Shown here in pieces: positions 15,101 to 28,284 of a stretch of 64,000 bases of DNA. The stretch lies in contig CM052817.1 of NCBI GenBank assembly GCA_028534125.1, positions 44,952,001 through 45,016,000 on the forward strand, in the 5' to 3' direction. How positions within the stretch are numbered: position 1 is the stretch's first letter; every line of letters starts with the position of its first letter. The stretch comes from Lama glama. Its lineage: Eukaryota. The notes beneath the pieces were generated by a model that did not search any database, had not been told where the DNA came from, and was given only the letters and a program-made list of their open reading frames with translations. The translations under genes and the position numbers were made by a program.

Positions 15101-15860
15101 AAAGGCTGTCATTAAAAAGTTTGCAAATGTTGGCCAAGGATGCAGAAAAAAGAGAACCCTTGTACACCGTTGGTGGGAATATTAAGTTGGTGCAGCCACT
15201 GTGGAAAACAGTATGATGGCTCCTCTAAAAGCTAAAAATAGCACTACCATATGACCCAGCAATGCCACTACTGGGTATATATAGGGAAAAAACAAAAACA
15301 CTAATTCAAAAAGATACATGCACCCCAATTTTCATAGGTACAGTATTCACAATAACCAAGACATGAAAGCAAGCTAAGTGTCTATCAACAGATGAATGGA
15401 TAAAGAAAATATGGTATACATATAAAATGGAGTATTACTTAGTCATAAAAAGAATGAAAATTTGCCATTTACAACAATGTGGATAGACCCAGTGATTATT
15501 ATCCTTGGTGAAATAAGTCAGATAGAGAAAGAAATAATCTGTTATCACTTAAATGTGTAATCTAAAAAAGTAAAACAAATGTATATAACAAACAGAAGCA
15601 GATTCACAGATATAAAGAACAAACTAGTGGTTACCAGTGGGGAGAGGCAAGATAGGAGTATGAAATTAAGAGATACAAACTACTGTGTATAAAATAGACA
15701 GCAACAAGGACATATTGTACAGCACAAGGAAGTATAGCTATTATTTTATAATAACATTAAATGCAGTATAATCTATAAAAATATTAAATCATTATGTTGT
15801 ACACTTGAAACTAATTATAAATCAACTATACTTCAAGAAAAACAAAACCCAAAAACATTG
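12150..15860 (+). mobile_element. 5'-truncated degenerate L1 (ORF2 to A-rich tail)
   Basis: Continuous ORF2-like sequence (EN end, RT ...gcagatgacatg, WCWHKNRHTDQWN), then a 3' UTR and A-rich tail. Confidence 0.9.
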
Positions 15861-16169
15861 TTTACAACACTGCAACCTTGTAAATATTCCTTAGGGTAAA
15901 GCCATGAAACGCCTAGGGTTGTATTTCCATCTCTGCTGTGCTGTTCCAATGTCATGATCACTATCACACTCAAAGCAAAGCATTCTAGTGTTAAGATCAA
16001 ATGAAAAATCCTTTCTAGTGGAATATACGCCACTAATCACTTGAAATCATGCCCCATTTTGGTCTGTTTCATATTTGGTTCGTCAGAATTTTTTATTTTT
16101 CCTTAGTTTCTAAGTGACTTTGTTGTTGTTGTTAGAAGAAATAACATCTCCATCATATCTCTAACGTAT

Positions 16170-16425
16170 TTCTTTTTTTATTATTATTGAGTTATAGTCA
16201 GTTTACAATGTTGTGTCAATTTCTGGTGTACAGCATGATTTTTCAGTCATACATGAATATACATGTATTTGTTTTCATATTCTTTTTCACCATGAGCTAC
16301 TACAAGATCTTGATTATATTTCCCTGTGCTATACACAGTATAAACTTATTTATCTATTCTATATACATCTGTCCATATCTATAAATCTCGAATTCCCAGT
16401 CTGTCCCTACTCACCCCCCTCTAAT
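16170..16425 (-). mobile_element. Short lineage-specific L1 3' end
   Basis: Reverse complement of the 3' UTR family also seen at 29400-29600. Confidence 0.8.
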
Positions 16426-16799
16426 GTATTTCTATTTCCAATTTTATTGCTTGAAATCCATTTTGTGCTCGTTCTTGAAGCCCAGTTTTAACCTGGACCA
16501 ACTGCTTTCTAAGCCAACAGCTACCACACTAGAAAATCTTTTAAATGTATCCCTGGGTACTTTTTCCATTTTTTGTATTACACAGCTTCTTTCTTCAAAA
16601 TTATCTTTGTTTTGTGGCAATACATTCTGAAATGATTTTCTCAGAAAGGAAACATGGAAAATTCAAGTTTTTAGTGCTTACATTTTTGAAACATGAATAT
16701 GATTAACAGTGTGGCTGGTATATAATTCTAGGTTCAAAATAATTTCCCTTCCAATTTTGTATAATAAATTGATCTCTAAAAGATTTGTGTAAATTCAAC

Positions 16800-18205
16800 T
16801 TTTTAAAAGATCTTTTTGAGAGAGAGCAATTTTAGGCTCACAACAAAACTGGGAAGAAGATACAGAGATTTTCCTTATAATGCCTGCCCTCATATGCAGA
16901 GACTCCTCCATTGTCAAAATCCCCCACCAGAGTGGTACATTTGTTACAACTGATGATCATACACTAACACATCACAACTGTCCAAAGTCCACAACAGACA
17001 TTAGAGTTCACTCTTAGTATTGTACACTGTGTGTTTGGACAAATGTATAATGACACGTATCCATCATCATATCACACTGAGTAGTTTCACTGCCCTAAGA
17101 AACTTCTGTTCTCCACCTATTCATCATTTTCCCTTGCCTCAGCCCACTGATCTTTTTACTGTCTCCATAGTTTTGCCTTTTCCAGAATGTCAGAGTTAGA
17201 ATCATACAGTATATAGCCTTTTTTTTTTTCCAGATTGGCTTCTTTTACTCAGTAATATGTATTTAAGCTTCCCCCATGTCTTTTCATGGTTTGATAGCTC
17301 ATTTATTTTTAGTGCTGAATACTCCATTATCTGGATGTACCCGAGTTTATTTATCCATTCGCCTCTGACAGACATCTTGGTTGCTTCCAAGTTCTGGCAG
17401 TTATTATTAAAGCTGTTATAAATATCCACGCACAGGTTTTTGTGTGGACCTGAGTTTTCAACTCCTTTGACTAAATACCAAGGAGTGTAACTGATGAACC
17501 ACATGGTAAAAGTATATTTAGCCTTGTAAGAAACCTCCACACTGTCTTCCAAAGTGGTTGTATAATTTTGCACTCCCACCAGCAATGAATAGAGTTTCTG
17601 TTGCTCCACATTTTTGCACCAGCATTTGTTGTCATCAGTGTTCCAGACTTGGCTGTTCTAACAGATGTATACTGATATTTCTTAGTTGTGTTAATGTTCA
17701 TTTCCCTGATGATATATGATGTGGAGCATCTTTTCATATGCTTTATTTGCCATCTGTATATTTTCTTTGATGAGATGTCTGTTAAGGTCTTTGGACCATT
17801 TTTAATCAGGTTTTTTGTTTTATTATTGTTGAGTTTTAAGAGTTCTTTGTATATTTTAGAAAACAGTCCTTTTTCAGATCTGTCTTTGCAAATATGTGGC
17901 TTGTCTTATTTTCTTAACATTATCCTTCTCAGAGCAGAAGTTTTTAATAAAGTCCAAAAATTATTTCTTTCATGGATCATGCCTTTAGTGTTATACTTAA
18001 AAAATCATTACCATAGTCAAGGCTATCTAGGCTTTTTTTCTTATGTTATCTTCTAGTTTTATAGTTTTGCATTTTACATGCAGGCCTGTCATACATTCTG
18101 AGTTAATTTTTGTGAAGGGTCTAAGTAAGGTCTGTGACTAGATTCATTCTTTTGTATGTCCATGTCTCCTTGTTTCAATAATATTTCATTAGAAGATTAT
18201 CTTTG
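16800..18205 (-). mobile_element. Old L1 (L1MB/MC-like) 3' portion
   Basis: Minus-strand ORF fragment HCWWECKIIQPLWK and an old-L1 3' UTR. Confidence 0.8.
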
Positions 18206-18679
18206 CTAAATTCAATTTTTAGAATTAAAATTATTCTCTCTTTGTCATTGTTCTATACTAGTTTTCAGGTGTAGGTTTTATAATACTTTTAAGTTTCCTA
18301 TTTGTTGTGTACCTCAAGTCTTGTCAAATAGATAATGATAAACATGTAACTACTTAAATATATATTGAGAAATTCTCAAATGAATATATGCATCACCACC
18401 AGAGGCACCATATTTTAAGTCAACTCTCTAATGTTTGCAACAGAATGCAGCATTTTTCACATGTTCTCTTTTTGTGACTCCTGCCTTCCTAACTAAACTA
18501 TAAGTCTCTTTTGTACTCATTTTTCTCCCCACTATTCCTAGATTAAAACAATACAAGGTACAGAGAAAGCATTCAAGATACATTTAAGAAGAATTTGGTC
18601 AATGATGCTTTTTAACTCTGAATTATATCTATAATCCAGTATATATTTTATTAATCATCTCAACTAGTTTTTATAATGA

Positions 18680-19065
18680 TTCATTCATTCAATAAATTTA
18701 ATCTAAATGTTTATGGAGTACCTGTTATAGGCCAAGTACTACATTAGGTGTTGGGATTTATCAGTGAACAGAACAAAGATCTCTGCCTTCAGGAAGTTTC
18801 CATCCAGCAAGCTGGGAGGAAAGGGAAGGAGGTAACTGACAATGAAAATAATCAATCACCAATTATGCAGTGAAGAGAGATGAAGAGTGAAGTACAGTGG
18901 ATTACAAGTAGGGAGTGCAGGGAGTTATGAGCAGGTTGTAGTATTAAATAGAATGTCTGGTATGCCTCATTGAGAGGGTGAGATTTGAGGAAAAAAACTT
19001 GAATGAAGTAAGGGAGTCAATCAAGTGGTTATCTGCAGGAAAGCATTCTTTACAGAGAGAATAGT
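18680..19065 (-). mobile_element. L2 fragment, resuming after about 19920
   Basis: tcattcattcaataaattt... tail followed by an L2-like body. Confidence 0.7.
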
Positions 19066-19070
19066 TAGAA

Positions 19071-19920
19071 CTACACTGTGCAATAATATCTATGCCTACT
19101 GAGTACTTGAAATGTAACTTTGTAACTATGAAACTGAATTTTTTATTGTGTTTCAATTTATTTAATTTAAATTTAAAAGCTGATATTTGAATTATTTGAA
19201 AAAATTTAAGTATGTTTAGAAAAATAATTTTTTAAAAAGCCTCACAGCACTGGTTTTCACTAAGAAATGTCCTTATTCCTACAACCTTCTGACCTTATTT
19301 GACAGTTATTTTCTTATCAATTCTTTCCAAAATCCATGCCTTCTTAACCCAGTTAGATGGCAAACTCTTTGAAAGTAAAGGTTCTGCACTTATTAGCCAC
19401 TCAGTGAATGTGCTGATATTGTGCAACTCATTCCTGAAACCTAATAATTCCCTTTATAGAATCAAAAGGTCCACGTTTAAGCAAATCACTGATTTTATTT
19501 TTAAGCATTGATTTGCCTGCTCTCAGTTTTCCTATCACTTTTTTTTTCTCCTGGATCTGAATCTGCACTGTGGATCCATATATGTAGTCATAATAAATGA
19601 TATAACCTGAAATTTTAAAAAAAAGAGTAACTTGGATATGTGATTCTATGCTTCAACTACAAACTTTATAAAATCTAAATACTGATCAATTACCTGTGAT
19701 GAAAATTCAGTGTCCAAATAAAATGTACTGTTAGTGTAAAATACAAATTTCCAACACACAGTAGTAGAAAAAGTTAAGACATCTTATTTAGATACCGTAG
19801 GTTAAATAAGATACATTAGTAAAATTAATTTCACTTGCTTCTTTTTATCTTAATGTGGCTGCTAGAAATTTGTAAATTATATGTATGGCTTGCTTTGTAT
19901 TTCTTTTGGACAACACTGAG
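19071..19920. mobile_element. Charlie1/MER33-type hAT element split by an insertion of about 400 bp
   Basis: Left part 19071-19225 (...aatttaaattt...aagtatgttt) and right part 19628-19920 (aacttggatatgtga...ggacaacactg). The two parts are adjacent in the consensus as I recall it. Confidence 0.7.
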
Positions 19921-21439
19921 CTAGAACAGAGTCTTCCTGCTGTCTGAGGAAAAGCAGGACAGCTCAGAGATAATTGGGCTGGCTGAGACCAAGTGGATGA
20001 AAAGCATAGTAGAAGATGAGCTCAGAGAGGTAAAGGGTCCATGTCATGTAAGTTCTCATATACCTTTTTAACTTCTCTATGATAATGACAATGATTAAAA
20101 TTGCAAGATGGAATTGACATTTGAAATGACTACCTCTTTTGGCGGAAATTTCTAGAAAGCCATTTGATACTACAATTGTACCCCTATCATGCTGATGCAC
20201 ACTCTACCATGCCACAAAGGATAATGTGGTAAGAAAGGGGTTACAGTTAAAATCTTGGCAGTGAACAGGACTATTAAACACGACCTCAGAGAGCAGGCTA
20301 ACCCAACTCCCATGATGCCAAGCCCATAGATAAAGAGATGCCAGCAGTATGAATTTGCATTCAGTCCATCATTTTTTCATTCATTTATTCTCCACACTTC
20401 TCTAGTTCATTACCTCATTCCATCCAAGGGTGTTTCTTCTCAAGTAGTAAGAAAACAGCTTTTTGTATCTCCTTTCTTATATCATGGCTAATATAATTTA
20501 TCATTATCATCTATGCAACAGCCATGTAATTTTTTATTAAGACTTCTAATTAAAAATTTTTTAAAGCAGCTAAAGAAAAAGCTGTATTTTCATCTGCATT
20601 TTTCTCCATACAATACAAAATTAATAGATTTAGAAAGAAAAAAGCTTTTAAGTCAGATGGAAAATAAGCTATTTTCATTCATTTATCATCTGTAAGATGT
20701 CCAAAATTGCATGAGACCTTGTAGATTGAGGACCCAAAGCAAGGGTAAACAGGATCTGATTTACTGATTGGAAAACTCTGTCAAAGTTATATATTCCTAA
20801 ATAAGAAGGGAAAAAAGGAAGAATAATTTTACTTTCAACCCTGTACATTTTTTTAATGCACAGAACACTATTAAAGGGTGAGCATTCTATATAACATGAA
20901 AAACAGAGGAAAATTCTGTCCGTGGGCATGGCTAATGTTGTAATCAAAAGTTTAGTTATAAACTTTTTTTCTCAAAGCTGGAAACCCCCATGAAGCAACC
21001 ACTGTTGGAACATCATTCAAACCTAAAAGAAAACTGAAGATAACCTAATGCTTTTTAATTTAAGCTTACTCCCTCTGGAACAAGAAATCTTTTCTTTTCT
21101 TTTTTTAAAGGGGGAAGCAAAACTAAAAGGGGTAGTCCCTTATGGTGATGAGAGGAGTTAATGATTACATAAATAGGTCTGGTAGCCTTCTTACATGTGT
21201 CTCATCATCCATAACAACTTTCTCTTCTGAAGTAATTTTTCAGGGAGTTCCTGCCTATTCCTATCAAGTACCAAATTCAAATGTTTTCTTCTCAGCTTTT
21301 ATATAAAACTGACAAAAGGTTACCATTAAACTAATGTCAAAACATTGCTAATATTGTCCTTAGAATTTCCAAGGAAAGACACTCTAAAAATTAATGCGAA
21401 AACCCACTTCTGTGGCACACAATCCTTATTCTTTAGCAT

Positions 21440-22420
21440 TCTTTTCATTCACTCTTTAAACCAATGTTTACTAAGCCCCTAAGTATTAGACACTGTAAAA
21501 GATGCTTAAGACACACAGAAAAAAATTTTAAGAATCCTGCACTCAATGAATTTACAGTTTACAGGGAGAGGTTATCATATAAACAAAAATTACTGTATGT
21601 GAGGTAAGTGCTGTTGTCCAAAATATACCTGAGGTGCTACGGGTCCACAAAGAAAGGCAATTACTTCAGCATGGGATGTGAGAGGTGCTGAAAGGAAGTG
21701 ACAATTTAGTTGAAGACTGGAGGGGAAATAGGAGCTTGTCAGGAACAGAAAGAGGACAGCATTCCAGACAGATTTAAATGTATGCAAAAGGTAGTGATGG
21801 CATAAAAGCATAGCATATGTGTGCAAGGACATGCAAAATACACAGTATAGGAGGATAACATAATATGTGTTAAAAGAGTAGGGAGTTTCAAGCTTGGGGA
21901 GGAAAACAGGGGCCAAGATCATAAAAAAATTTTCATGTGTAATGTTTAGAAGTTGAGACTTTTCTGAAATGGCTATGCAAAGCCATGAAGTGGGGGAGAA
22001 ACATGATCCAATTTCAGAAAGGTCCTGTTCCTTCTAAGAACAAGATTATGATTTAGCAAGAAGTTTTAACTAGAGGCAAGGAAATACGTTGATAAATTAG
22101 AGAAATTCAAGTCAGAAGTGGCAAGAGCCTGACCTAAATCAGTGTAACAAATTTAGAATCAAAAAGGTTTGGTAACAAATTACGTGGGGCAGTGATGTAT
22201 AAAGGATTAGTGTAAGAGAAACTAAAGAGTTTAAGCCAATTCCCAGATTTCTGACTAAGGCATCTGAATGGATAGGAGCAAGATCAATCAACATAAGAAA
22301 GAGCTGCAGAAGCTTCATTTCAGGTCCCTACAGGTTATCACAGAAGTCATATCCAGGAAGCAACTGAATTTATGGTTCAGAAGGAAATCTGAGACAGCGA
22401 TTCAAATTCAAGAGTCCATT
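21440..22420 (-). mobile_element. L2 fragment
   Basis: Degenerate reverse-complemented L2 tail and a purine-rich body. Confidence 0.6.
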
Positions 22421-22423
22421 AAG

Positions 22424-23021
22424 TACATTAGTTTTCTATTGTTGCTGTAGCAAATTATCATAGACTTAAAACAACACAAATGTATTATCTTAGAGTTCTT
22501 GGGTCAGAAGTTCAACATAGGTCTCCACAGGCTAAAATCAATGTGTTGGCAGGGCTAATTCCTTTCTAGAGTCTCTAGGGGAGAATCCATTTCTTTTCTC
22601 ATTCAGGTTGTTGGCAGATTTTGGTTCCTTGAAGATGCAGGACTGAGATTCCCTGTTTCCTTGTTGGCTGTCAGCTGAAAGCTATTCCCAGTTTGTAGAG
22701 GAAACTACATTCCTTGGCCCCCTTCCTCCATCTTCAAAGCCAACAGCAGCAGATGGAGTCTCTATCATACTGGAGTCCCCCTCTTCCTCTTCTTTTGTTG
22801 TATGTCTCTGACTGACCTGTCCTCCTCTTTTACTCTTAAGTGCCCATGTGATTACACTGGGTTCCACTTAATGTATGTATATATCATAAGGTCCATAGCC
22901 TTAATCCTATTTGCAAGGTTCCTTTTGCCATATAATGTAACATATCCACAGGTTTAAAGGATTAGAGCATGGACACCCAGGGGTGGGGGGGAGGGAGGTA
23001 TGCATTATTCTGCCTATCATA
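22424..23021 (-). mobile_element. MaLR solo LTR (MLT1D-like)
   Basis: Termini attagttttctattgttgctgtagcaaatt and cattattctgcctatca. Confidence 0.8.
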
Positions 23022-23188
23022 TTACCCAAATGGTGTAGGAGACCTGAATGCAGAGGACAGTGCCCGGAAAACACTGGTATTTAGGTACAGCTGGAGATGC
23101 ATTTATGCAGATGCAGGCACTGGAGATTAATTCAAGATGGAAATTAAGAAGGAGATTAAGCAAAAGTTTCAAGAAGAAAGATTTTTTA

Positions 23189-23817
23189 GAGCTACCATAT
23201 GATTCAGCAATCCCACTCCTGGGCATATATCTGGAAAAAACAAAAACTCTAATTCAAAAAGATGCACATACCCCAGTGTTTGTAGCAACACTATTTACAA
23301 TAGCCAAGACATGGAAGCAACCTAAATATCCATGACAGTTGAATGGATAAACATGATGTGGTATATATAATACAATGGAACAATACTGTCATAAAAAAAA
23401 AAGAAATATTGCCATCTGCAGCAACATGGATGCCCTAGAGAATATCATACTAAGTGAAGTCATTCAGTCAGAGAAAGATAACTTTTATATGATATCACTT
23501 ATATGTGGGATCTAAAAAATAATACAAATAAATCTATTTACAAAACAGAAATAGACTCACAGGCATATAAAACTTATGGTTACCAAAGGGAAAAGGGAGG
23601 GGGGAAGGATAAATTAGAGTTTGGGATTAACAGATACACACTACTATATATAAAACAGATAATCAACAAGGGTCTGTTGTATAACACTGAACAATATTCA
23701 ATACCTTGTAATAATCCATAATGGAAGATAATTTGAAAAAATATATTTAACTGAATAATTTTGCTATACACCTGAAACTAACACAATATTGTTAAGTCAA
23801 CTATACTTCCATTAAAA
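23189..23817 (+). mobile_element. 5'-truncated L1 3' end with target-site duplication
   Basis: ELPYDSAIPLLGIY ORF2 end and an A tail, flanked by aaagattttt(t)a on both sides. Confidence 0.9.
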
Positions 23818-24019
23818 AAAGATTTTTACAAGGGGGAAAACAGTTGACTGTCAAGGATCACAGAGAAGTCAAGCTATATAAGAAACCAAGAGTCTTTTGA
23901 ACTTGATTATGTAAGGATAACCAGTAATTTATGATAGCTCTATACTAGAAAAGATCTGACATCAGTAGGTTAAGAAGAAAATGAGAGAAAGGACGGGATG
24001 ATGATGAAGGTGGTGGTAG

Positions 24020-24392
24020 TGGTAGTTTACTAGTGCTGCCATAACAAACAGTACAGATTGGGTGGCTTAAACAACAGAGATTTATTTTCTCACAGTCCTG
24101 AACGCTCGAAAGATCAAGGTGCCAATAGGTTTTTTTCTCCCAAGGCCTCTATCCTTAGCTTGCATATGGCCACCTTTTCTCTGTGTCCTCACTGTGCCTT
24201 TTTCTCTGTGCTCATGCTTCTGGTGTCTCTTCGTCTTCTTTTAAGGGCACTGTTCCTACTGGATTAGGGCACCCACTCTTATAACCTCATTTAACCTTAA
24301 TCTTCTTAAAGGCCCTATCTCCGAATACTGTCACAATGGGGTTTAGGGCTTCAAGCTATGAATTATGAGGGATGCAACTCAGCTTGTAACTA
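24020..24392 (-). mobile_element. MaLR solo LTR (MLT1A-like)
   Basis: Motifs gctgccataacaaa...gggtggcttaaacaacaga and cctcatttaaccttaat. Confidence 0.78.
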
Positions 24393-24409
24393 TGATGATG
24401 ATAATGATG

Positions 24410-24640
24410 ACAACAATGATCGCTGCTAACATTTATGGAGCACTATGTGCCAGGCACAGTGCTAAACACTTCACATGTATTGTCATTTGATCCTCGAAGC
24501 AAGCCTATAAAGAACTAGTATTTCTCTCATTTTATCATTTGAAAAGCTGAAGCAAAATCATGTATCTACAAGTGGCAGAGCTGAAACTTGAATCCTGGTC
24601 TTGTAGCTTGAGCCCATGTTTTCAAACACTATGCTACCTC
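24410..24640 (-). mobile_element. MIR
   Basis: ctaacatttatggagcactatgtgccaggcacagtgctaa core. Confidence 0.75.
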
Positions 24641-24929
24641 TACTTTTTAAATAGCTGTAATGGAAAGGAAATAAATAAGACAGCAACCAGGTGAGAATAT
24701 GAAGATGATGAAGGTTTTTTGTTTTGCCTTTGTCTTATTTTTACTAGTCCAAAGCTAGGAATGGCTTCAACAGGATAATACACTAAATGGAAAAAAGCTC
24801 ACAGAAAGGCAGAGGTTGAAGATTGGGACAGGGAAGAATCAATCTACTGCTCCACTTTTAGCTTCTGCCCTGATCTTGTTGAAAACTGAAAAATAAAAGT
24901 TGCGTTGCACAGCTTAAATTATTCTCTCC

Positions 24930-25825
24930 ACAAATAATTCTTAACTACTTATCATGTGATAGGCACTATACAAGAATCTTATATACAAGAGTGAGTAAAA
25001 CCCAGACACTGTCCTTGCCCTTATAATATTTAGAGTCTAGTGGGAGAGGCAGTACTAATTAAATAATCATAAAGGATTATATAATAATAAATTGAGTTAA
25101 GTGCTATGAAAGAAACAAACATTTCTAAAAGAGTATTTAATAAAGGAACCTGATCTATATCAGAGGGGGTCAGGGAAGACGATTCTAAAAGAAAGTTACT
25201 ACTGAGCTCAAAGCAGAAGGATGAGTAATATATGCAATGAGGAAGGGGATGGGAAATATTCTGGGCACAAGGAAGAGCAAAGCAAAGCAAAGGCCCTGTG
25301 GGTTGTGTGGGAGAACTATGATATATCTGAGGAACTGAAAAAAGGTTAGTAGGCTGGTGCTGAGATAACAAGGGGCAGAATGATAGAAGGTGAAGCTGGG
25401 GAGGCAGGCAGGGCCATAATAATGAATTTGGTCTTAATTTTAAAGATTGTTGGAGTATTTTAAGGGTATCACAGACACACAAGATTGGGTACGCCTTTTT
25501 AAAAAATCCCTCTGGCTCCACTGCAGAGACTAGGTTAGAGGGAAAACAGAACAGATGCAATGTGATCACTTAAGAGACTACTGCAGATTCTCATGTTTCC
25601 GGCTTGCACAACTGGATGTAACTGGTGGGTGACGGTACCATACACTCAGATTAGCTACACTATATAGGGTAAGATTTTATGAGTTTGGTTTTGGGTATGT
25701 TGAGTTTGAGATGCCTCTTAACTACTCAAATGGGGATTTGAGTAGTCAGTTTATATACAGGTCCAGAACTCAGAGAAGAGGTCTAGATTAGACATATAAC
25801 TTGGGAACCATGGGTGTATATATAT

Positions 25826-25878
<53 letters not shown>

Positions 25879-26130
25879 CAATTATATATATATAAAATTA
25901 CTGAAGCATGATCATTGACTAGACTGTCTAAGCTAGCAATTCAGGAAAGAAAGTGATAAAAGACTATCTAGGTTAAAATCTTGAAGATAAACACAATATT
26001 TAAAAGGGGAAGATGAGTCTGTAAAGATGGAACAGCAAGAGAAGCAGGAGGAAAAGTATGAGTACAATATCACAGAAACAAAGGGAAAGAATTTCAAGAA
26101 GAGGTTCAAAAGTATGAAATGTTGCTGATA
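24930..26130 (-). mobile_element. L2 fragments
   Basis: Degenerate L2 body motifs interrupted by the CA repeat. Confidence 0.6.
25831..25872. repeat. (CA)21 microsatellite flanked by TA repeats
   Basis: Direct count. Confidence 0.95.
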
Positions 26131-27824
26131 GAAACCAATTCATATACTATCAGAGTTTAAAGAAATCTTACAAATCATCCAATGCCCCATTATTTCCCAA
26201 ATTATCAGGATTCAGGTAATACCCTGGTTAACTAGTAGAATCTAGATTAAAACTATAGTTCCCAATGCATAGGCCAGTACTCCTTTCATACACTCATTTG
26301 CCTGGTGACTATTATTTGACTCAGTTTTCCTTTTAAAATTAAATTATCTCTATTACTTTAGTTTTTCACCAAACTTCTGGCTATTTTAATGCCATACTTC
26401 TGGAGCTTCTCCAAGTCTTTAAGTCATAATCCATTCTAAGAGAAGTCTTCACTAAATTCAATTAGGCTGTTGATTGATCTGGCTCTGCAACCAGAAAATA
26501 AGTTGCCACCCACTCCCACCATCCCTTCTAAAACCATTATGAATCAGTATCTCAGAATAGTATCCTATACTCTTTGTATTCAAAGGAAAGACTGCTTAAC
26601 TGGGAAACAATTGGAAGAGAGACCTAGAAAATAACTCTTTGACTGTCAAGTTGACATATTCAGTCATCCTCTCTTGCCCAGGTAAAATCAGAAGTTCAGC
26701 CCCAAAGAGATAAAAGGAGGGAGAAATAAAGGAAGGAGAGGAGAAGTGACAAGAATGCAGGAAGATGGGACACAGTGTCTTTCCTCTTCTTTTATTCAGT
26801 GATTTTACATGACAGAGACATGAGTACCCTGTAGCCAATTCTAAATTGTCTTTTGAATGAAGAGAAACATATTCCACAGATAATCAATCCAATGGTGGAT
26901 GATTCAAAAATCATTTGTTTTTGAAATAGATTTCATTTGTTGGGGCAGCAGTGGTATTTTCAAAGCAATCTTAACATCTGAATTTGGTTTATGACTGATA
27001 AACTTATAATACTTTAAAATAAAGAGAAATCCTATCCAAACATATATCAAGACAGGCTGAAAAGATTGCTGCAGTCCCTGTCCCAAACCCTGCTCCTCAC
27101 TCCATGTTCCCAAAGAATAACATCACCTTTCAAACTGATGCACTGTCTCAACACAGCTGCTGGGGGTTTTTTTTGTTTGTTTACATTTAGACATGACATT
27201 CTAGTTGTTTCACACTGTCAATACCAGTCTCTGAAATAGACGGTTAATCAAAATTTTTTATTTAAGAGGCTTCCTTTCTACACTTATGTAGGATTAGAAT
27301 GAATGAAGACGTTTTGTGTATTACTGAAAGCCTTAAGTAGAATATATGACAATGCTAATAAAATTTGGAATTGGATATTTGATTCTAATTCAGGATTCCT
27401 ACATCGTTTAATCCTAATGCACCTAATCAGCATAATTGATTATTATGGTATATCCTTTCATATTATCTCAGCATGAGTAAACTGGTTCACTAACCAGAGA
27501 GACTCCCTTTTCCAATCTAGAAGCACAGTACAGGATTCTGAGGTTTCTTACTTCTTCATGCCACTCCTTCTTTATCCGCTGCAAATATTAGGTTTTCCTG
27601 AGATTGAAGCTGTCCCAATTTACTCTTCCTTGCCCTAAGATAGGTGCAGGCCAGTAAGAGGAATTAAAGATAGAGGGAAGTTGTGGCAACACTTTATAAC
27701 AACTCTCAAAGACAATATTATTATATAATACTTAAGTTCTCTAGTACTTGTAGGCTTGAATTTTAGGTACCTTGAAAGTCAAATAGATTTTGTAAGCCAA
27801 GATACATAAATATACTTATTGACA

Positions 27825-28165
27825 CTTGATCTCACTTATATATGGAATCTAAAAAAACAAGCTCATAGATACAGAGAACAGATTGGTTGCCAGGGTGGGG
27901 GTTGGGGAGTGAGCAAAATGGGTGAAGGGAGTCGAAAGATACAAACTTCCAGTTACAAAATAAATAAGTCACAGGATCTACTGTATAGCATGATGACTAG
28001 AGTTAATAATAACACTGTATTGCATAGCTGAAAGTTGCTAAGAGAGCAGATCTTAAAAATTCTCATTACAAGGAAAAAAAACCCTGTACATATGGTGACG
28101 GATGGTAACTACACTTACTGTGGTGATCATTTCGCAATATATACAAACATTAAATCATCATGCAT
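27825..28165 (+). mobile_element. L1MA-like 3' end
   Basis: atctcacttatatggaatctaaaa...ttactgtggtgatcatttcgcaatatatacaaa. Confidence 0.78.
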
Positions 28166-28284
28166 ATCATGCATATCTCCTATATGCAAGGCAAACAGAA
28201 GATCAAAGAAAAATCAGACAAGGTTCCTTGCCAGGAAGAACCTCTCAAGTTTAACAATCATCCTCATCATTTAAAATAGGAAAG

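Noticed and set aside
20921..20940. gtgggcatggcta resembles CXCL11 exon 1 (aagggcatggcta)
   Set aside because: There is no in-frame ATGAGT start, signal peptide, donor site or downstream exon.
25030..25569. 179-aa minus-strand ORF
   Set aside because: It lies within degenerate L2 sequence and has no recognisable domain or splice structure.
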